NCBI GenBank assembly: GCA_964525635.1
Contig: CAZGJX010000085.1
Location: 1-19,674, forward strand
Direction of reading: 5' to 3'
Source: an uncultured archaeon
Lineage (GTDB): Archaea > Asgardarchaeota > Lokiarchaeia > Sigyniarchaeales > SOKP01
Length of the DNA: 19,674 nt
This document shows, piece after piece, positions 8,284 through 16,800 of the stretch. A program made the position numbers and the translations under genes. Within the stretch, counting starts at the first letter, position 1; each line of letters opens with the position of its first letter. Below the pieces are notes generated by a model that saw only the letters and a program-made list of their open reading frames with translations, was not told where the DNA came from and ran no database searches.

Positions 8284-10215
8284 TTATGTTTTTTTTCTTG
8301 GTATGAAAATTGAAAAAATTGATCCTTTATCTAACTCACTTTCAACGAATATATTTCCACCATGAAGTTCTATATATTCTTTTGCGATTGCTAAACCAAG
8401 ACCTGTTCCCGGAATATGATTTACTCTTTCTGATCTATAAAATCGTTCAAATAAATTCGCTAAATCTTTTTTATCCATACCAAGACCATGATCCTTAAAT
8501 TTAAATAAAACTCCATCAAGATTATTAGGATTAAATTTACCTACATAGTTATTAATAATTTTAATCTTAAATTTCGTGTTATTTTTAGAATATTTTAGAC
8601 CATTATCAATAAGAATTCTAAAAATTTGATTGAATTTATGTATATCTCCATAGAGTATTACATTATTATCATGCTTAACAGAAATAATGTTATTTTTTGA
8701 TTGAATTCTGAGCTCCATTGCTTTTATTATGTTATGCATTAGTTTTATAGGATCAAACTTTTCTTTTTTTAATTTTATTTTCTTTTCATCAATTTTTGAG
8801 ATAGTTAATAAGTCATCAATTAATTCCACTAAAATTGTCGTATTCCGAGTAATACTATCAATTAATTCGGTTTTTTGCTCTTCAGAAATTTTATCTTTAT
8901 ATTTATTTAAAAGCTCGGTTGATTGTAATAAAACAGTAGTTGGAGTTCTTAATTCATGGGATGCTGTAGAAATAAAGGATTCAAGACGACTTTCTGCTAA
9001 TTTACGTTTAGTTATGTCTGTGAAAGTTTGAATCATACCTAATACATTCCCTCCGGAATCTTTCCAGGGTAATGTATATATAAGATAAATTACTCTTTTT
9101 CCACTAGGTAAAATTCGATTTACTTCATATTCTGAATAATTCTCACCAGATTTTATTTTTTGAAAAGAACATTTTTTTGTATTGCATACGTGGCCAGGAC
9201 TTACTTCATAACATTTTTTACCTAATAATTCTTCTTTTTTTACCTCAAAAAATTGAGTATATGTATCATTAACTCTTATAATATTATTCTCATTATCAAT
9301 CACTCTCATGGGTAATGATGCATTAAAAATTTGATCAAATTCTACATAAGCTTCTTCTAAATCATTTGCTTTTTTTATTAAATTTCGTTCACTTAATTTT
9401 AGCTTTCGAAATAATAAGTTAAAAGGATTTTCAAATCCTGTTTCTATTATTGCTTTATAAACAAAAAAAGCTGCCATAATTTTTAATAAATGACCTAAAA
9501 AGTTTGAAAAATCATATACTTCAATATAAAATGTGAATGCTATTTCAGATATCATCGTTGCAATAATTGAGAAAACAAGAAAATACAATATTCTTTTATT
9601 TATTCTTTTATTGAATTCATTCCAAAAAATAAATAAAAGAATTAGAGCTATTAATAAAATAATATCAATTATATACTCACTGACGATTTTAAATAATGTT
9701 AAACTTTTATCTTCCTCTATATAACAAGTTGGGAAAATTCCTTGAAAAATTAAAAACAACAATATTGATGTTATAACAGCATAACTCAACAGAATTAATT
9801 TTGGATTTAATTTTTTATTTTTTGAAATAATAGCAAATATAATTGAAATCGACTGGATGTATCTAGCACAAATCCATAAAGAAGTAGGTAAATTAGTATC
9901 ATAATCGACAAAAACGCCCATTCCATCATAAGATAGAGTGTGAAGTAAGTCTAAAATACCAATAAAAAGATATGAGGTTCCGAGTATTAAAAATGATGAA
10001 CCTTCCATATATTTATTTGCATTCCACCCGATAATAAAAATGCATCCAGAAATAATAATGCTAAAGAGCTCTGCAATCGAATGAAACAGAAGATAATTAT
10101 AAATGGCAGTTAAAGATATACAAAATAAGCCTAAACCTAATATAAGATATTCAATAATATCATTTCTAAGAATTTTTTTATTGAAAAGTTCTGAATGATT
10201 CTTTTCTATTGTCAA
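8284..10215 (-). CDS. Membrane sensor histidine kinase: MASE3 + PAS + HisKA + HATPase
   Basis: MASE3 signature 'YNYLLFHSIAELFSI…LDLLHTLSYDGMGVF…LW..ARY…GHLLK' with about 8 hydrophobic segments, PAS ('IIRVNDTY…LLGKKC…FTDITKRK'), SHELRTP, DNGLKYS, DHGLG, FERFYR and GTGLGL. TTG start. Confidence 0.93.
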   Translation of the reverse strand: MTIEKNHSELFNKKILRNDIIEYLILGLGLFCISLTAIYNYLLFHSIAELFSIIISGCIFIIGWNANKYMEGSSFLILGTSYLFIGILDLLHTLSYDGMGVFVDYDTNLPTSLWICARYIQSISIIFAIISKNKKLNPKLILLSYAVITSILLFLIFQGIFPTCYIEEDKSLTLFKIVSEYIIDIILLIALILLFIFWNEFNKRINKRILYFLVFSIIATMISEIAFTFYIEVYDFSNFLGHLLKIMAAFFVYKAIIETGFENPFNLLFRKLKLSERNLIKKANDLEEAYVEFDQIFNASLPMRVIDNENNIIRVNDTYTQFFEVKKEELLGKKCYEVSPGHVCNTKKCSFQKIKSGENYSEYEVNRILPSGKRVIYLIYTLPWKDSGGNVLGMIQTFTDITKRKLAESRLESFISTASHELRTPTTVLLQSTELLNKYKDKISEEQKTELIDSITRNTTILVELIDDLLTISKIDEKKIKLKKEKFDPIKLMHNIIKAMELRIQSKNNIISVKHDNNVILYGDIHKFNQIFRILIDNGLKYSKNNTKFKIKIINNYVGKFNPNNLDGVLFKFKDHGLGMDKKDLANLFERFYRSERVNHIPGTGLGLAIAKEYIELHGGNIFVESELDKGSIFSIFIPRKKT

Positions 10216-10241
10216 ATCTATCTATCATATAAATTTAATAT

Positions 10242-10796
10242 TTATATGTTTATTTTTTGAAATACTGTATATATTGAGGTTTTTTGGATGTTTAAATTTA
10301 GTTTAGGAGAATTTAATCTATGTAGATTATCGATTAACTTTTTTATTTTTTTCTCATCAATTTTATTTTGAAAAATTTCTATGTCTGGATCCCATTTATG
10401 CAAAAATATAGATAAAACTACATTATGATTATTATCAATAATAATATTTATAATTTCATTTAAATAATTTAATGCTAAATCAAATCTCTTTGAATCTTGA
10501 ATATCAATTACATAGATTATTTTATTAACTTCATTTATATGAAATTTTAAGTTGACAATATTATTATTTCTATATTGTTCTTGCCCTCCATAATCCCATA
10601 TTGTATATTCTGATCCTAATGTTTCAAATATTTCCATTTCGATTCCTTTTGTGGGATTTAATGAAGAAAAAGACTCAAGGTTTTTTACTCCTCTTAAACA
10701 AAGAACAATTGAGCTTTTACCACTGTTATCCAATCCTAAAATTAAGATTTTTTTTTTTAAGCTATTTATATTATTTATATTTGTATTATTTTGCAT
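10242..10796 (-). CDS. Ras-superfamily small GTPase (Arf/Rag-like, Asgard type)
   Basis: G1 GLDNSGKS, G2 PTKG, G3 WDYGGQ, G4 HKWD, G5 TSIY. Confidence 0.92.
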   Translation of the reverse strand: MQNNTNINNINSLKKKILILGLDNSGKSSIVLCLRGVKNLESFSSLNPTKGIEMEIFETLGSEYTIWDYGGQEQYRNNNIVNLKFHINEVNKIIYVIDIQDSKRFDLALNYLNEIINIIIDNNHNVVLSIFLHKWDPDIEIFQNKIDEKKIKKLIDNLHRLNSPKLNLNIQKTSIYTVFQKINI

Positions 10797-10836
10797 GCTT
10801 AATTGCCCTTATAAGATTTCTTTTAATTCTAATATT

Positions 10837-11229
10837 CTATAGAAGTGTGTCATAAATATCCAAATCCCTTAAGTTCTTTATTTGTTCTTTATTTGTTTCA
10901 AGAACAAAAGCTTGGATATTAGATAATATTTCAAATATCCCCTTATTTTTTACTAAATAATAATTAATAGTTTTTGAAATATTACTTATCTTATTTGGCT
11001 TTTTAGGATTTTCCATTTCCAATATGACTTCTTTTTGATAAAAATCAACCAATCCATTGTTAATTAATATTTTTAAATGTTGTGAGATTGTTGATTGAGA
11101 TTTGTTTAAATGTTCTTGAATCTCTGAAGATGATTTCTCTTTATTATTAATCAATTGAAGAATTTCTAATCTCGTCTGGTCTGCAATTATCTTAAGAAAT
11201 TTAACAATTAATTTCCTTATTTCACTCAT
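10837..11229 (-). CDS. ArsR/SmtB-family winged-helix transcription regulator
   Basis: 'LKIIADQTRLEILQLI…SSSEIQEHLNKSQSTISQHLKILINNGLV…YY'. Confidence 0.92.
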   Translation of the reverse strand: MSEIRKLIVKFLKIIADQTRLEILQLINNKEKSSSEIQEHLNKSQSTISQHLKILINNGLVDFYQKEVILEMENPKKPNKISNISKTINYYLVKNKGIFEILSNIQAFVLETNKEQIKNLRDLDIYDTLL

Positions 11230-11483
11230 TAGAATATAAATACTGTAATGGAAAATTAATGAGTTTTATTACTTTTAAAAGTTTTTTTAATAAACTATTA
11301 ATAGAAATAATCTCAATCTATTCAACTTAAAATATAAAATATGATTTTAACCAATCTATATTTTTTTCTTCAGATCCAAATCTTTATATATTATGATAAC
11401 TTTTTATTAAATCGCTCTATCGTTATATGTTAATGTATCGATAATATATATATTAATTATAAAATTTAGGGATATAAAAAGTT

Positions 11484-11987
11484 ATGACTCAAGTATTTGA
11501 AATAGATGATATTGATAAATCTATTATTGAGATAGTTCAAGAAGAACCTAATCTTACCCACACTCAAATTGCTAAAAAAGTAAATAGAAGTCAACCGACT
11601 ATTGGGATGAGGATCCGAAAATTAGAAGAAATGGGAGTATTAAAATATCAAGCAGGTATAAATGTAAAAACTGCAGATTTAATTTTGGGATTTGTTGAAT
11701 TAGACACATTAAATCCAAAATTAATTGAAAAATTAATTGAATCTTGCCCATATATGATAAATGGATTCAGAAAAAGTGGAAATTTCAATTACACCATCCT
11801 TATTGTTGGAGATACTTTTCAACAAATTGATCAAATTATTAATACTCATTTCAGAAACAATCCAAATGTAAACCGTGTTGTTTTAAATATTGTAACTAAT
11901 ATTGTTAATGATTTTGTGTTATCTATCAATTTTAATTCTAAAGAATGTGAAAATTCTTGTACAAAAGATTTTTGTGGTATTTTATAA
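11484..11987 (+). CDS. Lrp/AsnC-family transcription regulator
   Basis: 'IDDIDKSII…LTHTQIAKKVNRSQPTIGMRIRKLEEMGVLK' HTH, RAM-like domain (SGNFNY) and a Cys-containing tail. Confidence 0.9.
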   Translation: MTQVFEIDDIDKSIIEIVQEEPNLTHTQIAKKVNRSQPTIGMRIRKLEEMGVLKYQAGINVKTADLILGFVELDTLNPKLIEKLIESCPYMINGFRKSGNFNYTILIVGDTFQQIDQIINTHFRNNPNVNRVVLNIVTNIVNDFVLSINFNSKECENSCTKDFCGIL

Positions 11988-12083
11988 TAAAATTTTTTTA
12001 ATTTTTTTAACAAATTTTTTTAAAGTTAACAGGACTGATTTTTAATGAATTAAATTATTTTAATAAAAAAGAAGGAAAAAAAA
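11988..12083. terminator. Probable bidirectional oligo-T terminator region between convergent genes
   Basis: Several T6-T8 tracts on the + strand after the Lrp stop, and A-tracts (T-tracts on the minus strand) next to the Hsp20 stop. Confidence 0.5.
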
Positions 12084-12392
12084 TTATTGAATAGTTATTT
12101 CAATAGCATCTTCCATTGGATCTTTAAATGGAACATCAACCTTTAATAATCCATTTTTATAGGTAGCTTTTGCTTCACTTGGTTTAACAGGACAACATAT
12201 AGCATAAGAACCTGTAAAAATTGAAGAATCGGTTTCTCCTCTTATAAAAAAGCTATCTTCTAACATTTTTAGGGAAATGCTATCTTTATCGACGCCAGGT
12301 ATTTCTACTTCTATATGGTAATTAGAATCGTCTTCCTCAATATAACCATGTATATTTGGTGATATAATAACTCTTTCTTTTTCTTCTGCCAT
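12084..12392 (-). CDS. Hsp20/alpha-crystallin small heat-shock protein (minimal, almost no N-terminal arm)
   Basis: 'YHIEVEIPGVDKDSISL…KATYKNGLLKVDVP' and C-terminal IxI motif (EITIQ). GGTG lies upstream. Confidence 0.9.
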   Translation of the reverse strand: MAEEKERVIISPNIHGYIEEDDSNYHIEVEIPGVDKDSISLKMLEDSFFIRGETDSSIFTGSYAICCPVKPSEAKATYKNGLLKVDVPFKDPMEDAIEITIQ

Positions 12393-12884
12393 TTTAATGC
12401 ACCATAATAATATTAATTATAGATTTCTGTTTAAAATAGAGAAACTTAAAAATTTAAATGTTAGGACTATAAAATATTAAAATATTCGGTGAACTACTTT
12501 AATTATTTTTATATTTAAGAGAAATTCTTTTATTTTATAAATTCTGAATTATAAGTAACTTAATTTCATTTAAAATTAAAAGTTTTATAACATAGAAATT
12601 TATAAATAAGTTTAATTTTTAATGATAATATTGTTGCCAGATTATCTTTTAAAAATTACACCTAAGTTTTTAAATAACAAACTCTAATCTTATAACTTAT
12701 AATTTATAGTCCTTTATTTAAAGATTGAATTAATTTATTCTCTAATCCACCAATCAGTAAATGATCAGATTCATAAGAATTATAAAAATAAAATAAGAAT
12801 CCATATTGAAATAGGGTAGGAATAAAGAAATGAATGAATAAATTAATAAGTTTAAATTGCTGAATATATATATTTATCATAGGA

Positions 12885-13856
12885 ATGCGGAAATTTAGAG
12901 TAAATGACTATATTGAATTAAGGTTAGAGCAAGGAAAAACGCAGATTTATGTAGGCGGACGTTCTTTTCTGAAATGTAAATATGTGCTATTGATTAATCC
13001 ACATGAAAGAACGGAGCAATGGGATATTGACTCTATTGACGAAGCAATGAACAAGCTAGGTCAGCAACTTGAAAATCGACCCCCATTAGATAAATGGGGC
13101 AGACCAAGACCATTGGAAAATCCAATAACGCCCCAAGATATAGGAATAACGCCCGAAGAGGAATTCTGGGCACATTGCTCAAATCTGCAAGCATGGGTCG
13201 AAAACGATTATGATACGAGAATTATTCATAGTAATTTGGCATTTCCCTTACTTAGGGAGCTAGCGAAGGTAAGTGCCCCTTTAGCAGAATTTCGATTAAA
13301 GGAAGAAATTATCAAAATGCTAGAGCGCGAATATCAACCCACAATTGAGTATTTAGCGGACATGTGCTACTGGCTATACCTCACGGAGGAGGAAATACTT
13401 ACAACAAGACTTAAATTAGATGAGGTAGAAGCAGTATATGAATTAGAAAGACTTATCGGCAAGAAGCTTCGCATCTATTATACTGAAGATGCCAAAGACT
13501 ATGATCAATTTATGCTTGGATATAGCTCAACAAAAAAAGAACAATTCATATACATATGTGATAAGCATGTCCTCATATGTGACCTTATAGATTGTAATTT
13601 AGAAGAAATACCTGAAGTAATCCTTAAATTTCCTGAACTTAAATATCTCACTTTATTTATAAATAAAATAAAGGAGATACCTGAATTTCTAAAGAAAATG
13701 AAAAATTTAGACACTTTATTTCTCATGAACAACGAGATAGAGACTGTTCCCAATTGGATCGATGAAGTACCATCCTTACGATTATTATATGTAGATGGAG
13801 ATCCATCTAAGCACGAGGAAATAAAAAAAGGTAAGGTAACCATCATTAAATATTAG
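12885..13856 (+). CDS. Leucine-rich-repeat protein with a Lokiarchaeia-type conserved N-terminal domain
   Basis: N-terminal 'KFRVNDYIELRLEQGKTQIYV…CKY…ITPEEEFWAHCSNLQAWVENDYDTRIIHSNLAFPLL'. The C-terminus has 3-4 LRRs of 23 aa (LxxLxLxxNxIxxIPxxL). Confidence 0.85.
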   Translation: MRKFRVNDYIELRLEQGKTQIYVGGRSFLKCKYVLLINPHERTEQWDIDSIDEAMNKLGQQLENRPPLDKWGRPRPLENPITPQDIGITPEEEFWAHCSNLQAWVENDYDTRIIHSNLAFPLLRELAKVSAPLAEFRLKEEIIKMLEREYQPTIEYLADMCYWLYLTEEEILTTRLKLDEVEAVYELERLIGKKLRIYYTEDAKDYDQFMLGYSSTKKEQFIYICDKHVLICDLIDCNLEEIPEVILKFPELKYLTLFINKIKEIPEFLKKMKNLDTLFLMNNEIETVPNWIDEVPSLRLLYVDGDPSKHEEIKKGKVTIIKY

Positions 13857-16800
13857 AGATATCCTAATTTATTCGCAATATACTTACTATAATCGTCAAT
13901 TCTACTACTAAGATATGCAAGATACCACAAAATATCAGTTTTACCTTGACCAGATGTCAAAACCATATTATTCTGAAAAGCATCTCTTATTATCCAATCC
14001 CTAAAAAAATTTCGATTGGGATCTGGAAATGATTCCCCTAAAATATCTACTTGCAAAGTATAAAAAGTATCTATTTTTGTATTATGAGGCAATGAAAAAA
14101 CATCTCCTCTGTCGATAAATCCTTCGCGTGTAAGACCGCAGATCCATTCTTCTATTCTCAGACGATGATCTGATGGTTTATTGGTAGGATTTTGAAAATC
14201 ATATCCTTCATATAAATCGTTATTAATTTTTGTAAACCCTACAATACAATCAAAGCTATTAATCAAATAACCTAAATGCATTAAAAGGTAAAAACTATTC
14301 GACTCAGAAAAATCAATTTCAATAAAATGGGAAGTAAGCCCTCCATCTTGGCTCGATATCCGAAGCATTTCATTACGAGTAGTATCTGTCTTTTCTGGTA
14401 AGTGAAGATAATATCCCCCTAGATCTCTTGCTGGAAATAATATAAAAGCCCTAACTCCAGAAAGCAGTAATTTATTTGTAAAAAGATCTTCCATTCGAGA
14501 GGTAAATTCGATAATATCCCCTTTTGCCATCAATCTCCTGATTTCTGTAGGAGAAATAGATTCTTTACCACTTAGGTACTCAAAGTCTCTGGTTAGGTCT
14601 GTGTACCACGAGAAGGGGATCATTTTAAGGTCATCTTTACAGAGGCGTAAGGTAAGAGGGGTAGTATCCTTTCCTCTCGTCCTAATTGGAAGTTGGATAT
14701 CTTCTATAACTAACTCAGTTAAGGAACTCTTACTTTCCATAAAATCATTTATAAAGCCTCTTATTGTCACGCCAGAACCAGATCTAATATGATTCATATA
14801 ATGAAAAACACCTTCTCTTAATGTGCGTGCTAATTTCAATTTAAGTGCAACCTTTTCACCTTGAGGCACATGTAAATAATCAATCTCGGTCTCGCCTAAG
14901 TGAAGAAGATAATTAAAAAGCGGAGTCATATCCTCCTCAAATTGATGTATTATATCCCGTGTACCATAATTTGAAAACTGATCTCTGAATATGTTAGCTA
15001 AAATAGTTGAATAATACTTTCTTATGGTCTGAGTTGATCCAGCTCGCAATGGAGAAAGATCTTGATTCTGAATTCCGAGAATTGGGCCGATTCTCGTTGT
15101 TAAATCAAAGTTTTTACCTGAATCTAATTGAATTCGTATTGCTGGATCGAGGAAGAATAATCCATACAAAATTTCTAATGTATTTCTTGAATCACTAATT
15201 CTTTTTGGGATGGCTCCTTGTCTGGTGGATTGTACTCTAAATCCTATATGAGAAAGTCGACTACTTAAAGTCTCTTTGAAATCACTCATAATAAAGATGG
15301 GACGATCTTCTATAACAATTCCTACTAAAGGATCGGGAAAGTCTCCTAAAAAGGTATAATAATCAATCATATTAGCACAAGCTAGTTTAATGGTAAATTG
15401 ACCAAAAATATCCATAGCAAGGTCCAAAACGAGTTGAGCAAGCTCTGCTTCTTTTTCAGTAAAAGTCTTTTCAAAAACATTAAATTGAGATTCGTGATCA
15501 GGAATTGCGATATAATCATTTAAAAGTTTTCGAGCGTTATTTATTACTGGATCATTGTATTTATAGAATCTAAAGGTAATTATTTTATTAAAAATCTCAT
15601 TTAACCATAATTTTGCTGTAAACTCCTCTTTAGTAGAAGAACCATCGGGATAAGTTATAATTTCGGAACTTCTAAAAGTATCGTCCTCATTTTTCCATAT
15701 AAAACGTAAGAAAGAATCCATATCAAAATAATCATTCTCATCTCTAAAAAAATGATTTATTCTATTATCAATTTCACGAATGGTTGGACCCTCTAAAAAG
15801 TTCATGTATGTATAATCTGTAACATACCCATTCAATATTGAATAATATTGATGAATAATTGGATTTACATGCTGGGCTTCACCTACACTGCCTTCAGGTC
15901 TGAATAACAAATCAAATATTCTATAATAATTATCTACGAAATTTACTCCATATGTACTTATTAGTTTTGCTCTCTCAAATGATTCATAATTTGTATGTAT
16001 CATTGATCTTCTTTCCATTATAGTCGGCCCATCAATATATGAGTCGTGTGCTCCAGTTGGAATGATATTAGAACTAACATCCTGTAAGAAACATGTTAAT
16101 TTATTCTGAGTCTTCCAAATAATGGAACGTAGATATGAGAATCTATATATCTCATTTATTTCTGTACCTATGAACTCCTGCTCTTTTGTATGAAGAGTCT
16201 CCATTATTTTGTTAATTAATTCTTGACGCGTCAAGATTTTAATCTCTTTAGATTGAGTATCAAGATATACCCGTCCTTCGAGTAGGATACCATCACTATT
16301 GGTGATAAAGACACCCTCAATTCCTTCATTATTATCCATATTATTAAGACCTTCTTTTACACCTTCAGGTAGTTTTAATACCATTCCATCAGGTGTTGCA
16401 AGACCATATTCTATATGCTTATCGCCATTATTATCGACAGTAACCTTATGTACGACAATCCAAGCGCGCTTAAAATCGAAACTATTTGGAATTTCGCTTA
16501 ATTCCTTAGTAATATAATTATTACCTTCTTTTACAACAAAGAAATCTATATTGGATAAATCCGTCCTACTGATCTGTTGACCTGTTGACCTATAAACATT
16601 GAATGTGATATCCCAAGAAATTTTATAAAATCCATTTTCATCTTTTATTAAGAGTAAATCTAAAAACTCTACCCATCTTCCCTTATCTTCAATTCTACTT
16701 TGACAGAATAACTGATTAACTTCAAAAAGCCGAGTGTCAAGAGAGGAAGGGCTATATATTTTCAACGCTTCAGCCTTAATGGACTCCTTGAAATTCTCAT

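Noticed and set aside
212-10855. Short ORFs antisense to or inside real genes (212-499, 2560-2814, 4242-4445, 5967-6161, 6013-6213, 8310-8498, 8729-9031, 9533-9724, 10601-10855, 10651-10842)
   Set aside because: All lie opposite well-supported genes and have the Ile/Phe/Ser/Leu-rich composition of antisense shadows in AT-rich DNA.
12393-12884. CRISPR array, tRNA, att site or replication origin in the long AT-rich gap
   Set aside because: Only low-complexity TTATAA/TTTAAA words are present. I found no regularly spaced repeats, cloverleaf or ORB-like G-string motif.
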